Below are positions 1-8,913 of a stretch of DNA of 24,000 nt, one piece after another. The stretch spans positions 29,707 through 53,706 of the forward strand of contig NZ_LWMS01000045.1 of assembly GCF_003149675.1 (NCBI RefSeq). The letters are read 5' to 3'. Both the position numbers and the translations under genes were made by a program. Below the pieces are notes generated by a model. That model saw only the letters and a program-made list of their open reading frames with translations, was not told the origin of the DNA and did no database searches. Each line of letters starts with the position of its first letter. Positions within the stretch are counted from its first letter, which is position 1. The stretch comes from Methanosphaera cuniculi (lineage in GTDB: Archaea > Methanobacteriota > Methanobacteria > Methanobacteriales > Methanobacteriaceae).

Positions 1-202
1 CTTGTAATAGTAATGTTAGTTATGAAAATAATAGTTTATTCATTATTTATTTTTATAGAAAAAATAGAAATTTTATAGGTAAAAAGTTTTTTTTTATTAT
101 AATAATTTTTTTATAGAAAAAATTAAAAATAGAAAGAAAAAATAAAATAATATAAATCTTTTTTTAAGTAAAATATTCTGATTATTTCTTTTATTCCTTA
201 AA

Positions 203-766
203 TTAGTACCATACATCTTTTATATGTATTAGGTATGCAAATATGTTAGCTCCAAGGTGTAAAAATACACTTACAACAAGAATGATTATAATCATTGATA
301 AATTTAGTTGTACTACTGGTGAGATAAATATTAAGGCTACTACTACAAAATCTAGTTGATCAAGTAGTGGTACTGCTTGTCCTCTTTCAAAGTTAAGTCT
401 TCTTTTTAAAAAGCTACCAATAGAATCACCAATAAGTGCACCAAAACCTAGAAGTAGTCCTAGTAATAATCCTTGAGGTATAAATCCTGATAAGAATGTA
501 ATATGTGATGATGCAATTATAAAGTAGTATTCACCAATACCATAATTTGCAAGAAGTCCTAATAGACCACCTATGATCATACCAAACAGACCACCGCCTA
601 TTACACCTCTCCATGTAACGCCATCACCTGTAATTCTTCGATTATCCCATGCATTATGACCAAAATCCATTGGTGTTCCTCCACCTAGTACTAATGCTGA
701 ACCATTAGCAAGATATGCTGGAATCATAAGATAAATCGAATATATTATTAAATTTAATAAATCCAT
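203..766 (-). CDS. carS: CDP-archaeol synthase (CDP-2,3-bis-O-geranylgeranyl-sn-glycerol synthase), multi-pass membrane protein
   Basis: The translation has CarS/DUF46 hallmarks: [52 protein letters not shown]. The track ORF starts at a TTG at 775, but the SD-like GAGGT (complement of 778-782) directly abuts it. The ATG at 766 is ~10 nt from that SD and gives MDLLNLII..., so I prefer it. Confidence 0.8.
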   Translation of the reverse strand: MDLLNLIIYSIYLMIPAYLANGSALVLGGGTPMDFGHNAWDNRRITGDGVTWRGVIGGGLFGMIIGGLLGLLANYGIGEYYFIIASSHITFLSGFIPQGLLLGLLLGFGALIGDSIGSFLKRRLNFERGQAVPLLDQLDFVVVALIFISPVVQLNLSMIIIILVVSVFLHLGANIFAYLIHIKDVWY

Positions 767-893
767 TAAATTCAAACCTCGAGTTATTTTTTTTAAATTA
801 TTTTTTTTTCAATATTCTTTATACAGTATATAAATATGTGTATTTATTATTAATAAAAATAATGACAATTCTTATAATAATATTTTTTTTTAT

Positions 894-1952
894 TTACTTA
901 TCCATGTTGTAGATTTTTTCAAGAATATTTATATTAACATCTTTTAAATCAAGATACATCTGTATTGCACCAAGTGTTGTGATAATACTAACAATAGGTT
1001 GTGGTATATAATCATTAAGATTAATAACATTTAATTTAAGATTATCAGCTGCAATACGACATATATTTCCAAGACCAATATCAGATAATACAACGTTTTG
1101 AATTCCTGTTTTAAAAACTACTTGTTTTAGACTTTCTTCTACTTGTTGTATTTGTTTTTCAAAGATATATTCTGCCATATCCATTATTGTTTCATTACTT
1201 ATTGTTTCAATATCACCACATACAAGACGTGTTAAACGATTTTTACATGAATCAATACTTTTATCAGCACCATCTGGTGTATCACATGTGTATTGCTCTT
1301 CACTAATATGTCCTAATATCCTGTGAATATCAGCTGTAATTGTGAAGTATTCACTACTTACATTTGTCTTATTTGATTCTATGTATACATGATTAACAAT
1401 TGTTGCAACATTTGTACGAAGAAGTCCTGTATATACAAGTTCACCATTCATAAGACGCTGAGTATCAGTATATCCCTGACTTATTTCATGTTTATCTTTA
1501 ATTGGTATGATGTCTGTTGTTGTAGTTCCCATATCCATGAAAATACATGTATCTTTCAGATGTTTAATAAGATTAACAGTTCCAATCCAATTTGCAGCAG
1601 CAGCACTTAGTGGATTTTGATTTACATATTCATAATTTTTAAGTCCATCAAATGTAACATAATAGATATCTTCATCTTTAAATGTAGATTCAACCATTCC
1701 TGTTATATCAATAATACCTTGACGTTTAGTCTTATAACAATCAGCAAGTTCTGCAGTTATAGATACACATACAACATCAATATCATTACTACCTTTAAGT
1801 TCTTTTAGGCATTCTGGTAATTTTTCATGCTTTATCCAGAAAGGAAGATAATACTTATTTTTACTTAGTGATATTATATTATAATCATTATCAAATTCAA
1901 TTATACAACAATCTGTATTTGCTCCTCCAATATCAAGTCCCATAAATTTCAT
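894..1952 (-). CDS. Hydantoinase/oxoprolinase-like ASKHA-fold protein, of the family described as a probable H4MPT-linked C1 transfer pathway protein. Biochemical function unknown.
   Basis: The N-terminus MKFMGLDIGGANTD is an ASKHA phosphate-1 motif, and MDMGTTTTD is a second phosphate motif. Length is 352 aa. A strong SD (AGGAG, complement of 1961-1965) lies 8 nt upstream. The gene starts 14 bp after the stop of the upstream ATP-grasp gene. Confidence 0.6.
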   Translation of the reverse strand: MKFMGLDIGGANTDCCIIEFDNDYNIISLSKNKYYLPFWIKHEKLPECLKELKGSNDIDVVCVSITAELADCYKTKRQGIIDITGMVESTFKDEDIYYVTFDGLKNYEYVNQNPLSAAAANWIGTVNLIKHLKDTCIFMDMGTTTTDIIPIKDKHEISQGYTDTQRLMNGELVYTGLLRTNVATIVNHVYIESNKTNVSSEYFTITADIHRILGHISEEQYTCDTPDGADKSIDSCKNRLTRLVCGDIETISNETIMDMAEYIFEKQIQQVEESLKQVVFKTGIQNVVLSDIGLGNICRIAADNLKLNVINLNDYIPQPIVSIITTLGAIQMYLDLKDVNINILEKIYNMDK

Positions 1953-1966
1953 TTATTCTACTCCTT

Positions 1967-2965
1967 TTAGTTTTTAGTAAATGTTCCACTATTATTTTCA
2001 AGATTTATTTGATTTAAATTATCATTAAGAACACCATCTATAATAGAACATGTAAGATTTTCTGATGCAATATCAGAAAGTACAATAAATGGTGTTGTAA
2101 ATCGTGAATTAATTTCAACTAGATAAACCATATTATCTTTTATTATATAATCTATTCCAAAAAATCCATATAGTCCACTTATTTGTGATGTTATATTTTT
2201 TGATATTTCTATTATTTCATTTTTTAGTGGATGATCTATTGGTGTTTTACATCCATGATATAAAATCTTGTTATTTTCATCAATTATTTCCTGGGAATTA
2301 ATACAAATCACATTAAAATAAGTATGTGTATTAATAATACTTACACTACAACTTTTACCATCAATATATTCTTGGAGTAATATAGTCTTAATATTATTTT
2401 TTTCATAAATTTCAAGTTTTATGATTAACTCATCAATTGAATGTATCTTATAAATATAATCTGATGATGTCATATTATCAGGTTTAATGATACATGTATG
2501 ATATTTAGATATAAATTCTCCAATTTTTTCATAGTTAAGATCATCATTAGAGTTTAAATCAATTTTATATGTTGGAATCTTTTTAATATCTTTAAGATTT
2601 TCATATGTTCTAATTTTTGATGTGCAAATATATGATGCATGAGATGTAGATCCTATTATTTTAACATCATTTTCTTCTAAAATCTTTGATATATTATATT
2701 GTATATAATCATCCTCTGGTGCTATAAATATACAATAATCATACATATAACTATTACATTTAAGCCAAGATATAAGATTATTATCAACAGTTATACAATT
2801 AAACTTATTAATACCAATACTAAGTTTAGAATTAAGTAGATAATCAACATTAATATTATCATCTTCTGCTAAATCATTTAGAATTGATTTTAGCATGTTA
2901 AATCCTTCAGATAATAATGTGTTATCATAGTAGATACTTGAATATTCAAAGACTAATAAGTGCAT
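1967..2965 (-). CDS. ATP-grasp family ligase, MfnD-like (tyramine-L-glutamate ligase of methanofuran biosynthesis) or a related cofactor-tail ligase
   Basis: ATP-grasp signatures are present: LLQEYIDGKSCSVSI and FGIDYIIKDNMVYLVEINSRFTTP. The N-terminus is HLLVFEYSS...LLSEGFNML. The SD GGGGAGGT lies upstream (complement of 2977-2984). The MfnD-specific assignment rests on remembered family features only. Confidence 0.5.
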   Translation of the reverse strand: MHLLVFEYSSIYYDNTLLSEGFNMLKSILNDLAEDDNINVDYLLNSKLSIGINKFNCITVDNNLISWLKCNSYMYDYCIFIAPEDDYIQYNISKILEENDVKIIGSTSHASYICTSKIRTYENLKDIKKIPTYKIDLNSNDDLNYEKIGEFISKYHTCIIKPDNMTSSDYIYKIHSIDELIIKLEIYEKNNIKTILLQEYIDGKSCSVSIINTHTYFNVICINSQEIIDENNKILYHGCKTPIDHPLKNEIIEISKNITSQISGLYGFFGIDYIIKDNMVYLVEINSRFTTPFIVLSDIASENLTCSIIDGVLNDNLNQINLENNSGTFTKN

Positions 2966-3097
2966 AGAAAAAATATACCTCCCCTTTAAAGTAAATTTTA
3001 TAAAAAAAATATATTTAAAAAATAAAAAATAAGATTTTAAGTTTCTTCTAAAAAAAATAGTAATTTTTTAGATAAAAAAAAGAATAGTTATTTTTAC

Positions 3098-4402
3098 CTA
3101 AAATTCATCCAGATTACCTATTGCTTGATAGTTTATTCCTGCTTTTCTAAATTCATCAGCATCAAGAATTGGTCGTGTTGCTATGATAAATTTATTTTCA
3201 AGCATATCAGGTGTTATGTTAATATACTCATGATGATCTGTCATTAGTATTACACAATCACTTTTTAAAGCTTCATCTAAGTTTACACATTCAACATCAA
3301 ATGATTTTATAACATCACATGATACATATGGATCATTAACTAATACTTTTAGTTCTAATTGTTTTAATAGTTCTATAAGTTTTATTGATGGTGATTCACG
3401 AATATCATCAACATTTCCCTTATATGCTATTCCAAGTACAGATACTGTATAATCTGATGTTTTATCCAGAATGTTATCAAGAAGTATATCTATTACATGT
3501 TGTGGCATTGAGTTATTTATTCGGCGTGCTTCTGATATTAATTTAGCATCAGTGTCATATGCATTTGCAAGTTCAACAAGGAAGTATGGATCTACTGGTA
3601 TACAGTGCCCACCAACTCCAGGTCCTGGTGTATGAATATTTACTCGTGGATGATAGTTTGCTGCTGTTATTACCTCATTTACATCCACATTTATATTTTC
3701 ACAAATTAGTGCAAATTCATTTGCTAATGCTATATTTACATCACGATATGTGTTTTCCATGAGTTTTATCATTTCAGCTGAGGTGATATTTTTAACTTTT
3801 ATTATCTCACCTTGTGTAATGTTTTTATATAATTTTTCTGCCATATCTGCACTTTTTGTGTTATATCCACCAATAATACGTACATTATGAGTCATTTCAT
3901 ATATTGTATTATTTGGCAATGCTCGTTCAGGACTATATGCTAACATGAAGTCTTCTCCACATTTTAGTCCAGATTCTTCAAGTATTGGTTTTATAACATC
4001 TACTCCTGTTTGTGGTGGAACAGTACTTTCTATTATTACTAGGTCATCTTTTTTTAGTCCATTTTTAATACTTTCACATGCTGATATTACATATGAAAGA
4101 TCTGCTGTTTTATCATCATATGTTGGAGTTGGTACAATTACAATAAATATGTTACATTCCTGGGATGCTTTTATTTCATCTGTTGTTGCATGTAGATAGT
4201 TTGATTGTATGGCTTTTTTTAGTAGTTCATCAAGGTATGGTTCTTTAAAATATACTGATGCTTCATTATTTATCATATCTACAACTTTTGGATTTACATC
4301 TATTCCTATTACATTTATATGATTATTAGCAAGTATTGCTGCTGTTGGAAGTCCAATGTGTCCAAGTCCAAATATTCCCACTTTTATTGTATTTAAATCC
4401 AT
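3098..4402 (-). CDS. wecC: UDP-N-acetyl-D-mannosamine 6-dehydrogenase (nucleotide-sugar dehydrogenase family)
   Basis: There is an N-terminal Rossmann motif (VGIFGLGHIGLPTAAILA). The catalytic region GPGVGGHCIPVDP is typical of UDP-glucose/ManNAc dehydrogenases. Length is 434 aa, and the gene sits next to wecB. Confidence 0.8.
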   Translation of the reverse strand: MDLNTIKVGIFGLGHIGLPTAAILANNHINVIGIDVNPKVVDMINNEASVYFKEPYLDELLKKAIQSNYLHATTDEIKASQECNIFIVIVPTPTYDDKTADLSYVISACESIKNGLKKDDLVIIESTVPPQTGVDVIKPILEESGLKCGEDFMLAYSPERALPNNTIYEMTHNVRIIGGYNTKSADMAEKLYKNITQGEIIKVKNITSAEMIKLMENTYRDVNIALANEFALICENINVDVNEVITAANYHPRVNIHTPGPGVGGHCIPVDPYFLVELANAYDTDAKLISEARRINNSMPQHVIDILLDNILDKTSDYTVSVLGIAYKGNVDDIRESPSIKLIELLKQLELKVLVNDPYVSCDVIKSFDVECVNLDEALKSDCVILMTDHHEYINITPDMLENKFIIATRPILDADEFRKAGINYQAIGNLDEF

Positions 4403-4595
4403 TTCTATAACCTAGCTTAGTTTTTTTCCTTTTAGTATAATAATTTACTATTTTTTTATTTATTATAATAAATTTATAGAAATACTATTATTTTATATTA
4501 TCATTAATTATTATATTAAAAACTAAATTTAAAGAATTATGAAAAGATTTTATAAAAAATAAATTTAAAAAAAAAGAAGGAAGAATATTTTTTTT

Positions 4596-5927
4596 CTATT
4601 TTGTCTGTGTTTTAAATTTCTTAACTATTATATTCATACCTTTAAGATTTGTATGTTTATTAAAATACACAGCATTATCATCTTTAAATGCTTGTTGAAT
4701 AATACAACCAGGATTAAGAAGTTCATATTTAGATACATCTATATTATCTTCTATTTTTTTAATATAAAATCCTTCAAAGTCCATTATATTATCAAATGCT
4801 TCAAGATTTAGTGTATTATTTTCATATCTATGTTTGATAATTTCATATATTCGAGCTGCACTTCGTCCATCACCATATGGATTTTTAGCATTACACATTC
4901 GTTCATATACATCCGGGTTATCTAGTATATTTTTTATTTTATCTGTAATTTCCATACTTTTAACTCCAGCTAAGATATTTCCTCCTGCATCTATAGTTTC
5001 AGGTCTTTCTGTATTATAACGGAGTGTTACACATGGGATATTTAGTGTTATAGCTTCTTCTTGTATTCCACCTGAATCAGTTAATAGTAGTTTTGAATTA
5101 CTCATAAGTGATAGAAAATCCAGGTATCCTAGTGGCTCTGTTATTTGGATATGATTTGAATTTTTTATTTCATCATATAAATTTGCATTTTCTAGTGATT
5201 TTCGTGTATGAGGATGTAGTGGAAATACAATATTATATGGAAGATCAATAATACTCATAACGATATTTTTAAGTCTAACTTTATCATCTACATTCTCAGC
5301 TCTATGTAGTGTTAATGTTATGTATTCATCAAATTTTACAGTATCTTGTATTTGGCTTTTCTTTTGTGCTATTGGTGTATTTCTTATACAAGCATCAACT
5401 ATGGTATTTCCTGTTATGTAGATTAAATTATGATTTATTCCTTCATTAAGTAGATTTATAGCAGTTTTATCTGTTGGTACAAAATATAGTCTACTGCAAT
5501 TATCAGCAACTAGACGATTTATTTCTTCAGGCATATTTTTATCATATGAACGAAGTCCTGCTTCAATGTGACCTACTGGTATTTTCAGTTTATTTGATGC
5601 AAGTGCTCCAGCAAGAACAGCGTTTGTATCACCTTGGATTAGTACTATGTCTGGATTTTCTTTTTTTAGTATTTCTTCAAGTTTACATATTATCTGACTT
5701 ACTTGTTTTATTGCTGTTGTTGATCCTGAATGTATGTTATAATCAGCAGTTGGTAAATTTAAATCTTCAAAGAATTGCTGTGACATCTTTGTATCATAGT
5801 GTTGTCCTGTATGTATTATCACAAGATCTGTATTATTTTTTTGTATTTCATCTATTATTGGTGATACTTTTATTATTTCAGGTCTAGTTCCTAGTACTAT
5901 TGCTATTTTCATATTTAACATTTCCAT
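4596..5927 (-). CDS. wecB: UDP-N-acetylglucosamine 2-epimerase (non-hydrolysing) with a ~73-aa C-terminal extension
   Basis: Motifs MKIAIVLGTRPEIIK, HTGQHYD, VLIQGDTN, HIEAGLRS, EEINR, LTDSGGIQEE and NPYGDG all match the WecB/MnaA family. The start could be M1 (5927), M3 or M6 (5912). The epimerase domain ends near residue 370 of 443. Confidence 0.85.
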   Translation of the reverse strand: MEMLNMKIAIVLGTRPEIIKVSPIIDEIQKNNTDLVIIHTGQHYDTKMSQQFFEDLNLPTADYNIHSGSTTAIKQVSQIICKLEEILKKENPDIVLIQGDTNAVLAGALASNKLKIPVGHIEAGLRSYDKNMPEEINRLVADNCSRLYFVPTDKTAINLLNEGINHNLIYITGNTIVDACIRNTPIAQKKSQIQDTVKFDEYITLTLHRAENVDDKVRLKNIVMSIIDLPYNIVFPLHPHTRKSLENANLYDEIKNSNHIQITEPLGYLDFLSLMSNSKLLLTDSGGIQEEAITLNIPCVTLRYNTERPETIDAGGNILAGVKSMEITDKIKNILDNPDVYERMCNAKNPYGDGRSAARIYEIIKHRYENNTLNLEAFDNIMDFEGFYIKKIEDNIDVSKYELLNPGCIIQQAFKDDNAVYFNKHTNLKGMNIIVKKFKTQTK

Positions 5928-5937
5928 AATTTTTTTT

Positions 5938-6756
5938 TTATTTTAGTATTTCTACGAGTTTTTCATCTGTTTTCATTTTCTGTTGATTTATTTTATGTTC
6001 CTCTTTTATGTATTCTATTAGTTTATCTTTAGCATATTGTGATTCTTTAAATTTTATATTTTTATATTGCATATCACTTAGTATAAGTCCACATGCAGGA
6101 GCAGGTTGTAATCGTATGTATTGTCTTAGTTCTTGTGGTGTGAGAAGTTCTTCTATATTACTAAGTGTTAGTTTTTCACATCCTACATGGTTTATTGCTG
6201 TTACCATTTTTCGTACCATGTTCCATAGGAAGCTTTTTCCTTTTATCTTAAAAATTAGTGTATCATCATTACATATGAGTTTTGTTTCTAGTATTTCACG
6301 ATTTGGATTTTTTTCATTTCTTTTTGAGAAATTTCTAAAGTTATGTTTTCCAATGAAAAGTTGCATTGCTTGTTGCATTAAATCAAAGTTAATATTATCT
6401 GTAGATTCATCTATTGGTTGAATATATGTGTATGTACGGTTTTCTGGAAATCGTACTTTAAAACCATATGGTACACGTGCTTCTGCTACTATTTTAATAT
6501 CATTTGGAAGTAGTCCATTTAGTTTATTTATGTAGATATCTTCATCTGTTATAAATGATATTACATTACCTGTTGAATGTACTCCTTTATCTGTTCGTCC
6601 TGCTACTGAGTAATGTGATTTCCATGTATCTTCAATAATACCAGTTTCTTTAAATACTTTTAGTAGTTCTCCTTCTACTGTTCTGTATTCTGGTTGTCTT
6701 TGATATCCATGGAAGTTTGTTCCTATATATGCTATTTTTAGTGCAACTCGTCTCAT
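5938..6756 (-). CDS. truA: tRNA pseudouridine(38-40) synthase TruA
   Basis: MRRVALKIAYIGTNFHGYQRQP is followed by the catalytic motif AGRTDKGVHS. Length is 272 aa. The stop lies only 10 bp upstream of the wecB start. Confidence 0.85.
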   Translation of the reverse strand: MRRVALKIAYIGTNFHGYQRQPEYRTVEGELLKVFKETGIIEDTWKSHYSVAGRTDKGVHSTGNVISFITDEDIYINKLNGLLPNDIKIVAEARVPYGFKVRFPENRTYTYIQPIDESTDNINFDLMQQAMQLFIGKHNFRNFSKRNEKNPNREILETKLICNDDTLIFKIKGKSFLWNMVRKMVTAINHVGCEKLTLSNIEELLTPQELRQYIRLQPAPACGLILSDMQYKNIKFKESQYAKDKLIEYIKEEHKINQQKMKTDEKLVEILK

Positions 6757-6982
6757 AGTATATTATAGATTTATTATTTTAAAATAATAATAATTTATCA
6801 TATTTTTAACTTTTAATATGTATAACTATTATATAAATAAAATACAACTTTGTGTTTAAATGCTTAATGATTTATAAATAAAATTAAACAATATATATAA
6901 TTAAAGACCATGAAAATGTTTTAACAAAAAAAACATTTTAACTAAAAAAAGGAAAAAAAATAAAGAAGAGGAATATTTTTTT

Positions 6983-7696
6983 ATGATTATAATACCTGCT
7001 GTAGATATTAAAAATGGAAAATGTGTACAATTAGTACAAGGAAAACCAGGAACAGAACAAGTAGTAATAGATAACCCAGTTGAAGTTGCATTAAAATGGC
7101 AAGATATGGGAGCTAAAAGATTACACGTAGTAGATCTTGATGGAGCATTAGATAGTGGGGCTAATCTTGAAATAATAAAAGAAATAGTTGATAAAACAGA
7201 CATACCTATCGAAGTTGGTGGAGGAATAAGATCAATAGAATATGCATCTCAACTGCTTGATATGGGAGTTGAAACAGTTATCATAGGAACTATGGCAATA
7301 AAAGATCCTAGTGTAATTGAGAAATTATCCCAAAAATATGGATCAGAACGTGTATGTATATCACTTGATAGTAAAGATAACCGAGTAGTTACACATGGAT
7401 GGCAACAAAGTACAGATAAAACACCACTTGAATATGCACAAATATTTGAAGATAAAGGAGCTGGATTAATACTATTTACAAATGTTGATGTTGAAGGATT
7501 ACTTGATGGAATAGATCTTAGTGCTGCTAAAAATCTTATTGATAATGTATCTATACCTGTAATATATTCAGGTGGAATAACATCACTTGATGATCTTAAA
7601 ACTTTAAAGGATATAAATGCTGATTATGTAGTAATAGGATCAGCATTATACCGGGGATTAATTGACTTTAAAGATACATTAGAATATGAAGACTAA
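6983..7696 (+). CDS. hisA: 1-(5-phosphoribosyl)-5-[(5-phosphoribosylamino)methylideneamino]imidazole-4-carboxamide isomerase (ProFAR isomerase)
   Basis: MIIIPAVDIKNGKCVQLVQG, LHVVDLDGA, EVGGGIRS and IYSGGITS are HisA (beta-alpha)8 barrel motifs. The SD GAGGA lies about 10 nt upstream. Confidence 0.9.
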   Translation: MIIIPAVDIKNGKCVQLVQGKPGTEQVVIDNPVEVALKWQDMGAKRLHVVDLDGALDSGANLEIIKEIVDKTDIPIEVGGGIRSIEYASQLLDMGVETVIIGTMAIKDPSVIEKLSQKYGSERVCISLDSKDNRVVTHGWQQSTDKTPLEYAQIFEDKGAGLILFTNVDVEGLLDGIDLSAAKNLIDNVSIPVIYSGGITSLDDLKTLKDINADYVVIGSALYRGLIDFKDTLEYED

Positions 7697-7791
7697 AAAA
7701 AATTGATTAACTATTAAAAAATACAAGTTTAATAAAAAAATAAATTATTAGACTAAAAAAAAATGAAAGAAGGTGTTTATTTATTAAAGTA

Positions 7792-8241
7792 ATGGCATCA
7801 GGAACATTTGACATTCTACATCCAGGACATGTATTTTATCTTGATGAAGCACGAAAACTGGGTGGTGAAAATGCCAAGCTTATGGTAGTAATTGCAACAG
7901 ATAAAACAGTATATAAACATAAAAGAATACCAATAGTTGATGAAAATCAGAGAGCTGAAATGGTATCATCAATTAAGGGAGTAGATGAAGTATTCATAGG
8001 TGATGAAGAAGATCCATTTAAAATTGTAAAAACTCAAAAACCTGACATAATAGCAATAGGACCTGACCAGAATTTTAATCCACAAAATCTAGAAGAAAAA
8101 CTAAAAAATATGGGACTAGATATAAAAGTTGTAAAAATAAAATCATATAAAACATTTGAACTTGATAGTACATGTAAAATAATACAAAAAATTAAAAAAA
8201 CACACTTTCATAAAAAAGTCTTTGATGATTGCGAATTATAA
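7792..8241 (+). CDS. ribL: Archaeal FAD synthase (CTP-dependent FMN cytidylyl/adenylyltransferase) RibL. The true start is possibly ATT at 7783.
   Basis: SGTFDILHPGH is a nucleotidyltransferase HxGH motif, and IAIGPDQ is also present. Size matches the ~149-aa M. jannaschii RibL. The frame is open upstream to 7744, and an AGGTG SD at 7771-7775 is better spaced for ATT 7783 (see findings). Confidence 0.8.
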   Translation: MASGTFDILHPGHVFYLDEARKLGGENAKLMVVIATDKTVYKHKRIPIVDENQRAEMVSSIKGVDEVFIGDEEDPFKIVKTQKPDIIAIGPDQNFNPQNLEEKLKNMGLDIKVVKIKSYKTFELDSTCKIIQKIKKTHFHKKVFDDCEL

Positions 8242-8326
8242 TGATATACATAAATTTAATATAGTATATAAAACATAGATTAATATTAATATTTACAATA
8301 TAAAAATTAAGGGAGATTCATATAAA

Positions 8327-8599
8327 ATGGTAGCAAAAGAATATTATGACATCTTATTAAAAATTACCGATATAATGGAAGAAAAAGGTGGAGGAATTAT
8401 CTACATTCGTAACGAACCTGAATGTTACACAATAGGTACAAGATACTATGATCAAGACATAGCAGACTACCTAGATGACCATGTAGAAGAATGGATAGGT
8501 GAAGAATCTACTCTTAAAAAGAAATCTAAAAAACGATCCAAAAAACAAGATAAAGTAGAAGAAGTATACTACCTCTGGAAAATCATGCTTCCAGAATAG
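8327..8599 (+). CDS. Hypothetical small protein (90 aa) with an acidic N-terminal domain and a Lys-rich basic tail
   Basis: The ORF has an SD (AAGGGAGA) about 10 nt upstream, the same A-rich codon style as its neighbours, and a hairpin plus oligo-T terminator immediately downstream. I recognise no family motif. Confidence 0.5.
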   Translation: MVAKEYYDILLKITDIMEEKGGGIIYIRNEPECYTIGTRYYDQDIADYLDDHVEEWIGEESTLKKKSKKRSKKQDKVEEVYYLWKIMLPE

Positions 8600-8601
8600 C
8601 A

Positions 8602-8628
8602 AAGAGACTAAATCTCTTCTTTTTTTTA
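8602..8628 (+). terminator. Hairpin plus oligo-T terminator after the 90-aa ORF
   Basis: AAGAGA (8602-8607) pairs with TCTCTT (8613-8618) around a 5-nt loop. The stem is followed by a C then a T8 run. Confidence 0.55.
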
Positions 8629-8913
8629 TCCCTTTTATTTTTTAAAACTTTGATACTATTTTTTTTATACAATGATAAATTTAAAACATAAAATTTCACA
8701 AACTTATTAGAAACCAACTCTTTTTTTTATCATAAAATTTATTATTATAAAATTAACATAAACATAAAATAATAAACACAAAATAATTTTTTTTTATATT
8801 AGTTAAAATAGTATAAAATTCTATAAAAGATTATGTGGAAGTACTATTATTTTTTTTTATAAAGGGATTAAAACATTACATACAAAAAAAAAATAAAGGA
8901 TGGTAATAAGAAA

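Noticed and set aside
51-123. Exact 15-mer direct repeat TTTTATAGAAAAAAT at 51-65 and 109-123, with a third TTTTATAG at 71-78.
   Set aside because: The sequence is pure A/T-rich and TATA-like, lies in a spacer downstream of carS, and is consistent with promoter-like or low-complexity sequence. The window edge hides the neighbouring gene, so no function can be argued.
7763-7792. The mini-ORF MKEGVYLLK overlapping the ribL ATG, considered as evidence that ribL is frameshifted or a pseudogene.
   Set aside because: The ribL frame itself is open upstream and encodes a plausible first beta-strand (…IKVMASG). No frameshift is needed, so a non-canonical start or reinitiation is the simpler explanation (see findings).
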